Shown here one piece after another: positions 10,136 through 23,800 of a DNA stretch of 64,000 nt. The position numbers were made by a program, and so were the translations under genes. Origin of the DNA: Macrostomum hystrix (Eukaryota > Animalia > Platyhelminthes); contig CATNEN010000031.1 of assembly GCA_950097015.1 (NCBI GenBank), forward strand, positions 2,480,001 through 2,544,000, read 5' to 3'. The notes under the pieces were generated by a model. It was not told the origin of the DNA. It did not search any database and was given only the letters and a program-made list of their open reading frames with translations. Every line of letters starts with the position of its first letter. Within the stretch, counting starts at the first letter, position 1.

Positions 10136-11726
10136 ATGGCAAAACCAGCGTTTGAATCATTCTAAGCCAGAGTCTGAATCATGGCTAAACCAGAGCTTGA
10201 ATCATGGCTAAACAAGAGTTTGAATCATGGCTAAACCAGAGTTTGAATCATGGCTAAATTTAAGTTTGAATCATGGCTAAACCAGAGTCTCAATCATGGC
10301 TAAACCAGAGCTTGAATCATGGCTAAACAAGAGTCTGAATCGTTGTCAACTGGGGGTTCATTGTCAACTGGGGGATCATTGTCAACTGGGGGACCATTTT
10401 CAACTGGGGGATCATCATCAACTGGGGGATCATTGTCAACTGGGGGTTCATTGTCAACTGTGGGATCATTGTCAACCGCCGGGATCATTGTCAACTGGGG
10501 GATCATTGTCAACTGGGGGATCATTGTCAACTGGGGGATCATCATCAACTGGGGGATCATTGTCAACTGGGGGAACATTGTCAACTGGAGGAACATTGTT
10601 AACTAGGGATCATCATCAATGGGGAGACTTCATCAACTGGGGGATCATTGTGAACTGGGGGATCTTTGTTAACTGGGGATCATTGTCAACTGGGGGATCA
10701 TTCTCAACTGGGGGATCATTGTCAACTGGGGGATCATTGTCAACTGGGGGATCATCATTAACTGGGGGATCATTGTTAACTGGGGGAACATTGTCAAATG
10801 GAGGAACATTGTTAACTGGGGATCATCATCAATTGGGAGACTTCATCAACTGGGGGATCATTGTGAACTGGGGGATCTTTGTTAACTGGGGGATCATTGT
10901 CAACTGGGGGATCATTGTCAAATGGGGGATCATTGTCAACTGGGGGATCATTTTCAACTGGGGGATCATCATCAACTGGGGGATCATCATCAACTGGGTG
11001 ATCATTGTGAACTGGGGGATCTTTGTCAACTGGGGGATCATTGTCAACTGTGGGATCGTTGTCAACTGGGGGTTCATTGTCAACTGGGGGTTCATTGTCA
11101 ACTGGGGGATCATCATCAACTGGGGGATCATTGTCAACTGGGTGATCATCATCAACTGGGGGATCATTGTCAACTGGGGGAACATTGTAAAATGGAGGAA
11201 CATTGTTAACTGGGGATCATCATCAATGGGGAGACTTCATCAACTGGGGGATCATTGTGAACTGGGGGATCTTTGTTAACTGGGGGATCATTGTCAACTG
11301 GGGGATCATTGTCAACTGGGGGATCATTGTCAACTGTGGGATCATTGTCAACTGGGGGATCATTGTCAAATGGGGGATCATTGTCAACTGTGGGATCGTT
11401 GTGAACTGGGGGATCTTTGTTAACTGGGGGATCATTGTCAACTGGGGGATCATTGTCAACTGGGGGTTCATTGTCAACTGGGGGTTCATTGTCAACTGGG
11501 GGATCATCATCAACTGGGGGATCATCATCAACTGGGTGATCATTGTGAACTGGGGGATCTTTGTCAACTGGGGGATCATTGTTAACTGTGGGATCATTGT
11601 CAACTGGGGGATCATTGTCAAATGGGGGATCATTGTCAACTGTGGGATCGTTGTCAACTGGGGGTTCATTGTCAACTGGGGGATCATTGTCAACTGGGGG
11701 ATCATTGTCAACTGGGGGTTCATTGT
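10136..11726 (+). repeat. Short satellite B block (10136-10341) followed by satellite C (18-bp CATTGTCAACTGGGGGAT) in H1
   Basis: Direct reading. The 18-bp period explains the LGDHCQ, WGIIVN and TGGSLS pseudo-ORFs. Confidence 0.95.
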
Positions 11727-11819
11727 AGCTTTAAAAAGCTGTAAATTCAGCTGCTAAAAAGTATATACTAGACGAATTAAAAGTATTTCTGCTCCCCGAA
11801 GGGGGGCAAAACTTGCTAG

Positions 11820-14314
11820 TCCAACTATACTAAATCTCTAAAGTCTGTCTGTCTGTCTGTCTGTGGAATTTCGATACACAGGCTAAATGCCTCAACCAAA
11901 TTTGATCGCGTTTTTTGCTAAACATGCCAAATTTTACTGGCATGAGACCTTGAAAATTTCGTTAGTCTGCTTCAATGCTAAAAATATTAAATATTCGAAA
12001 AACGAGTTTTCCTATTGCTTTTAATAGGAGGCCAAACAAGGTTAAATTAGAATAGGGCCGGACACTGTCAGTTTTATTAGATTGCATCGGTGCTTTTTCT
12101 CGCCCGCGCGTGCATTGGTATAGCACAGAACAGGGCCCGATACTCTCAATTGAATAGGATTGCGTCACTGCTTTTCGACCCGTACGTACGTTTATAAATT
12201 TGTCTCTTGGCTGATCGAGTGATTTGATTTGAATACGCAAAACGTACATATCAGATTTCATGATTGGGCTTTTATGATGCTCAATGCTAGCGAGACCTCT
12301 CTTCCTCCTTTCTATCCATAAAACTGCAGCCTTTCTATTGTCAAACCTTGTCTCGACTTCGATCATTGTGCCGCTTTCTTTTCATCTAGCTCCGAAGTAA
12401 AGTACTTTAATGCTTTTGTAGAATGCAGGTAGAATTTCAGCATCGGTTTTGTTACTGCTTCTTTTTCTTTTAATCTTCTAATCATCAGCAGTTAAAAACG
12501 TAAGTTCCTATTTATTTGTACTTTTTGGGCATTTTTGGTTCGAGTATAAATAGTAAGCGATTTTGGTTAGCTACTGTCGAAGCAGATATTTGTTAGCTTT
12601 ATTATTCCTGTACTCCCTTTCAGAAAATAGTATAAGTTTTTTCGAGTATCGGGAATTCGATAATAAAACTAAGGAAATATTTTTGTGCATAGCTGCAGGC
12701 GATATCACAATTGAGAACTGCAAGAAAAAAATATTGAGCGCAGCTAAGAGCGTAAATTATTTCAAATTTTTTTGAGCATTGTTTAAAGCGTTATTCTATC
12801 AAAAAAATAGCTTATTTAATAATAATAATTATAAAACTTTATTCGACGAACACTGATCGAAACCGTTTTCTAAAGTGCTCAACGATTTTCTAAATGTGTC
12901 CAACGATTTTCTAAATGTGTTTAACAGTTTTCTAAATGTATCTACCGTGCCACATGTAACAGGAGATGTAACAGGAGATATTTGTTGCCTTCTGGGCTGA
13001 GTAAAACGATGGACACATCGTTTCTATGCTATTTGGGGGCAATGGTTTCCTGTCAAAGAAAAAGGGCAAACATTTCTTGCTGCGAGTTTGGTAGCCTGCA
13101 AGTAGCCTCCATTCTGGTATTATGGAGGTTCTCTTCTGTTTGGAGAACATTAGTTCTCTGCTGCTGGGGGAATTAGTTCTCTGCTGCTCGGGAAATTAGT
13201 TCTCTGCTGCTGGGGGAATTAGTTCTCTGCTGCTGGGGGAATTAGTTCTCTGCTGCTCGGGAAATTAGTTCTCTGCTGCTGGGGAAATTAGTTCTCTGCT
13301 GCTGGAGGGGAATTAGTTCTCTGCTGCTGGGGAAATTAGTTCTCATGGCAAAACCAGCGTTTGAATCATGGCTAAACCAGAGTTTGAATCATGGCTAAAC
13401 CAGAGTTTGAATCATGGCTAAACCAGCGTTTGAATCATGGCCAACCAGAGTCTGAATCATGGCTAAACCAGAGTTTGAATCATGGCAAAATCAGAGTTTG
13501 AATCATGGCAAAACCAGAGTTTGAATCATAGCTAAACCAGAACTGGGGGATAATCGTCAACTGTGGGATAATTGTAAACTGGGGAATCATCATCAAATGG
13601 GGGATCATGGTCAACTGGGGATCATTGTCAAATGGGGATCATCATCATTTGGGAGTCATCATCAAATGGGGGATCATGGTCAACTGGGAGATCATTGTCA
13701 ACTGGGTGATCATCATCAACTGGGGGATCATTGTCAACTAGGGGGTAACATTGTCAACTGGGGATCATCATCAATGGGGGATCATAGTCAACTGGGAGAT
13801 AATTGTCAACTGGGTGATCATCATCAACTGGGGGATCATTGTAACCTGGGGATCAATGTCAACTGGGGCATCATTGTCAACTGTGGGATCATTGTAAACT
13901 GGGGGATCAATGTCAACTGGGGGATCATTGTCAACTGGGTGATCATCATCAACTGGGGGATCATCATCATCTGGGGGATCATTGTGAACTAGGGGATCGT
14001 TGTCAACTGGGGGATCATTGTCAACTGTGGGATCCTTGTCAACTGGGGGTTCATTGTCAACTATGGGATCTTTGTCAAGTGGGGGATCATTGTCAACTGG
14101 GTGATCATCATCAATTAGGGGATCATTGTCAACTGGGGAATCATTGTCGACTGGGGGATCATTGTCAACTGGGGGATCATTGTCAACTGGTTGATCATTG
14201 TCAACTGGGGGATCATTGTAGCTTTAAAAAGCTGTAAATTCAGCTGCTAAAATGTATATACTAGACGAATTAAAAATATTTCTGCTCCCCAAAAAGGGGG
14301 GCAAAACTTGCTAG
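11820..14314 (+). mobile_element. Non-autonomous Helitron H2 (5' type A), fused head-to-tail to H1
   Basis: Junction CTAG|TCCAACTATAC. The ~1.3 kb 5' region is a diverged copy of H1's. Carries satellite A (13150-13344), B (13345-13540) and C (13541-14219). Ends hairpin plus CTAG (14311-14314). Confidence 0.85.
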
Positions 14315-14898
14315 TCCACTATACTAAAAATGAAATGGTTGGTTGGTTGGTTGCTTGCTTGTAATTGATTTTCTCCCGAACGGCTCAACCGATTTTCACA
14401 ATTTCTTCACCAAAAGATGCCAAATATGGGGACAATTATACACGTATTTTTATTAAGCTTAACTTTATTGCTAAAGGGATTAAATATTCGAAAAACATGA
14501 TTTTTCAAAGGTCAAATTCAAAGGTCAAACCACTCACTGCCACTGAATTAGAATTGCATCGTCAAATTGCGCAACAACCCCTAGCTGATTGAATTTGAAG
14601 CCTGCACTCTGGAGACAAATTGGAAATAAATGTACACAACCAACCGCGAGACTGAGTGTACTCTATTTTCTTACTTCATTGTACAAAGCCAGAACTTTGA
14701 GAATTCATTTTATAAGGCTGATTTCTGCACCCACTAACCAACAGTCGGAATAGCCGATGTGTTAGGCACTAGGAATAAGTTAGGCTAGGCTAGGGTTCGA
14801 TTCTGCACTGCGTCAAATCATTTAGACTAATTTTCAGCCAGTAGTGATTGAAGATTATTTTGATTTATTTTTTTCATTTCGTAAATAAAATATCATAA

Positions 14899-17800
14899 AT
14901 CATAGCAAACCTGAATTTGAATCATGGCAAAAATAGAGCTTGAATCATGGCTAAACCAGCGTCTGAATCATGGCTAAACCAGAGTCTGAATCATTGCTAA
15001 ACCAGAGTTTGAATCATGGCTAAACCAGAGTTTGAATCATGGCTAAACCAGAGTTTGAATCATGGCTAAACCAGAGTTTGAATCATGGCTAAACCAGAGT
15101 TTGAATCATGGCTAAACCAGAGTCTGAATCATGGCTAAACCAGAGTTTGAATCATGGCTAAACCAGAGTCTGAATCATGGCTTAACCAGAGTATGAATCA
15201 TGGCTAAACCAGAGTTTGAATCATGGCTAAACCAGAGTCTGAATCATGGCTAAACCAGCGTCTGAATCATGGCTAAACCAGAGTTTGAATCATGGCTAAA
15301 CCAGAGTCTGAATCATGGCTTAACTAGAGTTTGAATCATGGCTAAACCAGAGTCTGAATCATGGCTAAACCAGCGTCTGAATCATGGCTAAAGCAGAGTT
15401 TGAATCATGGCTAAACCAGAGTCTGAATCATGGCTTAACCAGAGTTTGAATCATGGCTAAACCAGAGTTTGAATCATGGCTAAACCAGAGTTTGAATCAT
15501 GGCTAAACCAGAGTTTGAATCATGGCTAAACCAGAGTTTGAGTCATGGCTAAACCAGAGTCTGAATCATGGCTAAACCAACGTTTGAATCATGGCTAACC
15601 TAGAGTCTGAATCATGGCTAAACCATAGTCTGAATCATTGCTAAAATAGAGTCTGAATCATGGCTAAACCAGAGTCTGAATCATGGCTAAACCAGAGTCT
15701 GAATCATGGCTAAACTAGAGTCTGAATCATGGCTAAACCAGAGTCTGAATCATGGCTAAACTAGAGTCTGAATCATGGCTAAACCAGAGTTTGAACCATG
15801 GCTAAACCAGAGTTTGAATCATGGCTAAACCAGCGTCTGAATCATGGCTAAACCAGCGTCTGAATCATGGCTAAACCAGAGTTTGAATCATGGCTAAACC
15901 AGAGTTTGAATATTGGCAACACCAGAGTTTGAATCATGGCTAAACCAGCGTCTGAATCATGGCTAAACCAGAGTTTGAATCATGGCTAAACCAGAGACTA
16001 AATCATGGCTAAACCATCATCATCAGCATGGCTAAACTAGAGTTTGAATCATGGCTAAACCATCATCATCAGCATGGCTAAACTAGAGTTTGAATCATGG
16101 CTAAACCAGAGTTTGAATAATGGCTACACCAGAGTTTGAATCATGGCTAAACCAGATCTTGAATCATGGCTAAACTAGAGTTTGAATCATGGCTAAACCA
16201 GAGTCTGAATCATGGCTAAACCAGCGTCTGAATCATGGCTAAAGCAGAGTTTGAATCATGGCTAAACCAGAGTCTGAATCATGGCTTAACCAGAGTTTGA
16301 ATCATGGCTAAACCAGAGTTTGAATCATGGCTAAACCAGAGTTTGAATCATGGCTAAACCAGATCTTGAATCATGGCTAAACTAGAGTTTGAATCATGGC
16401 TAAACCAGAGTCTGAATCATGGCTAAACCAGCGTCTGAATCATGGCTAAAGCAGAGTTTGAATCATGGCTAAACCAGAGTCTGAATCATGGCTTAACCAG
16501 AGTTTGAATCATGGCTAAACCAGAGTTTGAATCATGGCTAAACCAGAGTTTGAATCATGGCTAAACCAGATCTTGAATCATGGCTAAACTAGAGTTTGAA
16601 TCTTGGCTAAACCAGAGTCTGAATCATGGCTAAACCAGCGTCTGAATCATGGCTAAAGCAGAGTTTGAATCATGGCTAAACCAGAGTCTGAATCATGGCT
16701 TAACCAGAGTTTGAATCATGGCTAAACCAGAGTTTGAATCATGGCTAAACCAGAGTTTGAATCATGGCTAAACCAGAGTTTGAATCATGGCTAAACCAGA
16801 GTTTGAGTCATGGCTAAACCAGAGTCTGAATCATGGCTAAACCAACGTTTGAATCATGGCTAACCTAGAGTCTGAATCATGGCTAAACTAGAGTCTGAAT
16901 CATGGCTAAACCAGAGTTTGAACCATGGCTAAACCAGAGTTTGAATCATGGCTAAACCAGCGTCTGAATCATGGCTAAACCAGCGTCTGAATCATGGCTA
17001 AAGCAGAGTTTGAATCATGGCTAAACCAGAGTCTGAATCATGGCTTAACCAGAGTTTGAATCATGGCTAAACCAGAGTTTGAATCATGGCTAAACCAGAG
17101 TTTGAATCATGGCTAAACCAGATCTTGAATCATGGCTAAACTAGAGTTTGAATCATGGCTAAACCAGAGTCTGAATCATGGCTAAACCAGCGTCTGAATC
17201 ATGGCTAAAGCAGAGTTTGAATCATGGCTAAACCAGAGTCTGAATCATGGCTTAACCAGAGTTTGAATCATGGCTAAACCAGAGTTTGAATCATGGCTAA
17301 ACCAGAGTTTGAATCATGGCTAAACCAGATCTTGAATCATGGCTAAACTAGAGTTTGAATCTTGGCTAAACCAGAGTCTGAATCATGGCTAAACCAGCGT
17401 CTGAATCATGGCTAAAGCAGAGTTTGAATCATGGCTAAACCAGAGTCTGAATCATGGCTTAACCAGAGTTTGAATCATGGCTAAACCAGAGTTTGAATCA
17501 TGGCTAAACCAGAGTTTGAATCATGGCTAAACCAGAGTTTGAATCATGGCTAAACCAGAGTTTGAGTCATGGCTAAACCAGAGTCTGAATCATGGCTAAA
17601 CCAACGTTTGAATCATGGCTAACCTAGAGTCTGAATCATGGCTAAACTAGAGTTTGAATCTTGGCTAAACCAGAGTCTGAATCATGGCTAAACCAGCGTC
17701 TGAATCATGGCTAAAGCAGAGTTTGAATCATGGCTAAACCAGAGTCTGAATCATGGCTTAACCAGAGTTTGAATCATGGCTAAACCAGAGTTTGAATCAT

Positions 17801-20800
17801 GGCTAAACCAGAGTTTGAATCATGGCTAAACCAGAGTTTGAATCATGGCTAAACCAGAGTTTGAGTCATGGCTAAACCAGAGTCTGAATCATGGCTAAAC
17901 CAACGTTTGAATCATGGCTAACCTAGAGTCTGAATCATGGCTAAACTAGAGTCTGAATCATGGCTAAACCAGAGTTTGAACCATGGCTAAACCAGAGTTT
18001 GAATCATGGCTAAACCAGCGTCTGAATCATGGCTAAACCAGCGTCTGAATCATGGCTAAAGCAGAGTTTGAATCATGGCTAAACCAGAGTCTGAATCATG
18101 GCTTAACCAGAGTTTGAATCATGGCTAAACCAGAGTTTGAATCATGGCTAAACCAGAGTTTGAATCATGGCTAAACCAGATCTTGAATCATGGCTAAACT
18201 AGAGTTTGAATCATGGCTAAACCAGAGTCTGAATCATGGCTAAACCAGCGTCTGAATCATGGCTAAAGCAGAGTTTGAATCATGGCTAAACCAGAGTCTG
18301 AATCATGGCTTAACCAGAGTTTGAATCATGGCTAAACCAGAGTTTGAATCATGGCTAAACCAGAGTTTGAATCATGGCTAAACCAGATCTTGAATCATGG
18401 CTAAACTAGAGTTTGAATCTTGGCTAAACCAGAGTCTGAATCATGGCTAAACCAGCGTCTGAATCATGGCTAAAGCAGAGTTTGAATCATGGCTAAACCA
18501 GAGTCTGAATCATGGCTTAACCAGAGTTTGAATCATGGCTAAACCAGAGTTTGAATCATGGCTAAACCAGAGTTTGAATCATGGCTAAACCAGAGTTTGA
18601 ATCATGGCTAAACCAGAGTTTGAGTCATGGCTAAACCAGAGTCTGAATCATGGCTAAACCAACGTTTGAATCATGGCTAACCTAGAGTCTGAATCATGGC
18701 TAAACCATAGTCTGAATCATTGCTAAAATAGAGTCTGAATCATGGCTAAACCAGAGTCTGAATCATGGCTAAACCAGAGTCTGAATCATGGCTAAACTAG
18801 AGTCTGAATCATGGCTAAACCAGAGTCTGAATCATGGCTAAACTAGAGTCTGAATCATGGCTAAACCAGAGTTTGAACCATGGCTAAACCAGAGTTTGAA
18901 TCATGGCTAAACCAGCGTCTGAATCATGGCTAAACCAGCGTCTGAATCATGGCTAAACCAGAGTTTGAATCATGGCTAAACCAGAGTTTGAATATTGGCA
19001 ACACCAGAGTTTGAATCATGGCTAAACCAGCGTCTGAATCATGGCTAAACCAGCGTCTGAATCATGGCTAAACCAGAGTCTGAATCATGGCTTAACCAGA
19101 GTTTGAATCATGGCTAAACCAGAGTTTGAATCATGGCTAAACCAGAGTTTGAATCATGGCTAAACCAGAGTTTGAATCATGGCTAAACCAGAGTTTGAGT
19201 CATGGCTAAACCAGAGTCTGAATCATGGCTAAACCAACGTTTGAATCATGGCTAACCTAGAGTCTGAATCATGGCTAAACCATAGTCTGAATCATTGCTA
19301 AAATAGAGTCTGAATCATGGCTAAACCAGAGTCTGAATCATGGCTAAACCAGAGTCTGAATCATGGCTAAACTAGAGTCTGAATCATGGCTAAACCAGAG
19401 TCTGAATCATGGCTAAACTAGAGTCTGAATCATGGCTAAACCAGAGTTTGAACCATGGCTAAACCAGAGTTTGAATCATGGCTAAACCAGCGTCTGAATC
19501 ATGGCTAAACCAGCGTCTGAATCATGGCTAAACCAGAGTTTGAGTCATGGCTAAACCAGAGTCTGAATCATGGCTAAACCAACGTTTGAATCATGGCTAA
19601 CCTAGAGTCTGAATCATGGCTAAACTAGAGTCTGAATCATGGCTAAACCAGAGTTTGAACCATGGCTAAACCAGAGTTTGAATCATGGCTAAACCAGCGT
19701 CTGAATCATGGCTAAACCAGCGTCTGAATCATGGCTAAAGCAGAGTTTGAATCATGGCTAAACCAGAGTCTGAATCATGGCTTAACCAGAGTTTGAATCA
19801 TGGCTAAACCAGAGTTTGAATCATGGCTAAACCAGAGTTTGAATCATGGCTAAACCAGATCTTGAATCATGGCTAAACTAGAGTTTGAATCATGGCTAAA
19901 CCAGAGTCTGAATCATGGCTAAACCAGCGTCTGAATCATGGCTAAAGCAGAGTTTGAATCATGGCTAAACCAGAGTCTGAATCATGGCTTAACCAGAGTT
20001 TGAATCATGGCTAAACCAGAGTTTGAATCATGGCTAAACCAGAGTTTGAATCATGGCTAAACCAGATCTTGAATCATGGCTAAACTAGAGTTTGAATCTT
20101 GGCTAAACCAGAGTCTGAATCATGGCTAAACCAGCGTCTGAATCATGGCTAAAGCAGAGTTTGAATCATGGCTAAACCAGAGTCTGAATCATGGCTTAAC
20201 CAGAGTTTGAATCATGGCTAAACCAGAGTTTGAATCATGGCTAAACCAGAGTTTGAATCATGGCTAAACCAGAGTTTGAATCATGGCTAAACCAGAGTTT
20301 GAGTCATGGCTAAACCAGAGTCTGAATCATGGCTAAACCAACGTTTGAATCATGGCTAACCTAGAGTCTGAATCATGGCTAAACTAGAGTTTGAATCTTG
20401 GCTAAACCAGAGTCTGAATCATGGCTAAACCAGCGTCTGAATCATGGCTAAAGCAGAGTTTGAATCATGGCTAAACCAGAGTCTGAATCATGGCTTAACC
20501 AGAGTTTGAATCATGGCTAAACCAGAGTTTGAATCATGGCTAAACCAGAGTTTGAATCATGGCTAAACCAGAGTTTGAATCATGGCTAAACCAGAGTTTG
20601 AGTCATGGCTAAACCAGAGTCTGAATCATGGCTAAACCAACGTTTGAATCATGGCTAACCTAGAGTCTGAATCATGGCTAAACTAGAGTCTGAATCATGG
20701 CTAAACCAGAGTTTGAACCATGGCTAAACCAGAGTTTGAATCATGGCTAAACCAGCGTCTGAATCATGGCTAAACCAGCGTCTGAATCATGGCTAAAGCA

Positions 20801-23800
20801 GAGTTTGAATCATGGCTAAACCAGAGTCTGAATCATGGCTTAACCAGAGTTTGAATCATGGCTAAACCAGAGTTTGAATCATGGCTAAACCAGAGTTTGA
20901 ATCATGGCTAAACCAGATCTTGAATCATGGCTAAACTAGAGTTTGAATCATGGCTAAACCAGAGTCTGAATCATGGCTAAACCAGCGTCTGAATCATGGC
21001 TAAAGCAGAGTTTGAATCATGGCTAAACCAGAGTCTGAATCATGGCTTAACCAGAGTTTGAATCATGGCTAAACCAGAGTTTGAATCATGGCTAAACCAG
21101 AGTTTGAATCATGGCTAAACCAGATCTTGAATCATGGCTAAACTAGAGTTTGAATCTTGGCTAAACCAGAGTCTGAATCATGGCTAAACCAGCGTCTGAA
21201 TCATGGCTAAAGCAGAGTTTGAATCATGGCTAAACCAGAGTCTGAATCATGGCTTAACCAGAGTTTGAATCATGGCTAAACCAGAGTTTGAATCATGGCT
21301 AAACCAGAGTTTGAATCATGGCTAAACCAGAGTTTGAATCATGGCTAAACCAGAGTTTGAGTCATGGCTAAACCAGAGTCTGAATCATGGCTAAACCAAC
21401 GTTTGAATCATGGCTAACCTAGAGTCTGAATCATGGCTAAACCATAGTCTGAATCATTGCTAAAATAGAGTCTGAATCATGGCTAAACCAGAGTCTGAAT
21501 CATGGCTAAACCAGAGTCTGAATCATGGCTAAACTAGAGTCTGAATCATGGCTAAACCAGAGTCTGAATCATGGCTAAACTAGAGTCTGAATCATGGCTA
21601 AACCAGAGTTTGAACCATGGCTAAACCAGAGTTTGAATCATGGCTAAACCAGCGTCTGAATCATGGCTAAACCAGCGTCTGAATCATGGCTAAACCAGAG
21701 TTTGAATCATGGCTAAACCAGAGTTTGAATATTGGCAACACCAGAGTTTGAATCATGGCTAAACCAGCGTCTGAATCATGGCTAAACCAGAGTTTGAATC
21801 ATGGCTAAACCAGAGACTAAATCATGGCTAAACCATCATCATCAGCATGGCTAAACTAGAGTTTGAATCATGGCTAAACCATCATCATCAGCATGGATAA
21901 CCTAGAGTTTGAATCATGGCTAAACCAGAGTTTGAATAATGGCTACACCAGAGTTTGAATCATGGCTAAACCAGATCTTGAATCATGGCTAAACTAGAGT
22001 TTGAATCATGGCTAAACCAGAGTCTGAATCATGGCTAAACCAGCGTCTGAATCATGGCTAAAGCAGAGTTTGAATCATGGCTAAACCAGAGTCTGAATCA
22101 TGGCTTAACCAGAGTTTGAATCATGGCTAAACCAGAGTTTGAATCATGGCTAAACCAGAGTTTGAATCATGGCTAAACCAGATCTTGAATCATGGCTAAA
22201 CTAGAGTTTGAATCATGGCTAAACCAGAGTCTGAATCATGGCTAAACCAGCGTCTGAATCATGGCTAAAGCAGAGTTTGAATCATGGCTAAACCAGAGTC
22301 TGAATCATGGCTTAACCAGAGTTTGAATCATGGCTAAACCAGAGTTTGAATCATGGCTAAACCAGAGTTTGAATCATGGCTAAACCAGATCTTGAATCAT
22401 GGCTAAACTAGAGTTTGAATCTTGGCTAAACCAGAGTCTGAATCATGGCTAAACCAGCGTCTGAATCATGGCTAAAGCAGAGTTTGAATCATGGCTAAAC
22501 CAGAGTCTGAATCATGGCTTAACCAGAGTTTGAATCATGGCTAAACCAGAGTTTGAATCATGGCTAAACCAGAGTTTGAATCATGGCTAAACCAGAGTTT
22601 GAATCATGGCTAAACCAGAGTTTGAGTCATGGCTAAACCAGAGTCTGAATCATGGCTAAACCAACGTTTGAATCATGGCTAACCTAGAGTCTGAATCATG
22701 GCTAAACCATAGTCTGAATCATTGCTAAAATAGAGTCTGAATCATGGCTAAACCAGAGTCTGAATCATGGCTAAACCAGAGTCTGAATCATGGCTAAACT
22801 AGAGTCTGAATCATGGCTAAACCAGAGTCTGAATCATGGCTAAACTAGAGTCTGAATCATGGCTAAACCAGAGTTTGAACCATGGCTAAACCAGAGTTTG
22901 AATCATGGCTAAACCAGCGTCTGAATCATGGCTAAACCAGCGTCTGAATCATGGCTAAAGCAGAGTTTGAATCATGGCTAAACCAGAGTCTGAATCATGG
23001 CTTAACCAGAGTTTGAATCATGGCTAAACCAGAGTTTGAATCATGGCTAAACCAGAGTTTGAATCATGGCTAAACCAGATCTTGAATCATGGCTAAACTA
23101 GAGTTTGAATCATGGCTAAACCAGAGTCTGAATCATGGCTAAACCAGCGTCTGAATCATGGCTAAAGCAGAGTTTGAATCATGGCTAAACCAGAGTCTGA
23201 ATCATGGCTTAACCAGAGTTTGAATCATGGCTAAACCAGAGTTTGAATCATGGCTAAACCAGAGTTTGAATCATGGCTAAACCAGATCTTGAATCATGGC
23301 TAAACTAGAGTTTGAATCTTGGCTAAACCAGAGTCTGAATCATGGCTAAACCAGCGTCTGAATCATGGCTAAAGCAGAGTTTGAATCATGGCTAAACCAG
23401 AGTCTGAATCATGGCTTAACCAGAGTTTGAATCATGGCTAAACCAGAGTTTGAATCATGGCTAAACCAGAGTTTGAATCATGGCTAAACCAGAGTTTGAA
23501 TCATGGCTAAACCAGAGTTTGAGTCATGGCTAAACCAGAGTCTGAATCATGGCTAAACCAACGTTTGAATCATGGCTAACCTAGAGTCTGAATCATGGCT
23601 AAACCATAGTCTGAATCATTGCTAAAATAGAGTCTGAATCATGGCTAAACCAGAGTCTGAATCATGGCTAAACCAGAGTCTGAATCATGGCTAAACTAGA
23701 GTCTGAATCATGGCTAAACCAGAGTCTGAATCATGGCTAAACTAGAGTCTGAATCATGGCTAAACCAGCGTCTGAATCATGGCTAAAGCAGAGTTTGAAT

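Larger units (their letters stand above)
7849..11819 (+). mobile_element. Non-autonomous Helitron H1 (5' type A)
   Basis: Follows host A(7848) and starts TCCAACTATACTAAA with a (GTCT)n microsatellite. Ends with hairpin GCTCCCCGAAGGGGGGC, 8 nt, then CTAG (11816-11819). No RepHel ORF. Confidence 0.85.

Noticed and set aside
7991-13176. Small ORFs duplicated in the H1/H2 leaders
   Set aside because: No Rep or helicase motifs, and indels between H1 and H2 break the frames.
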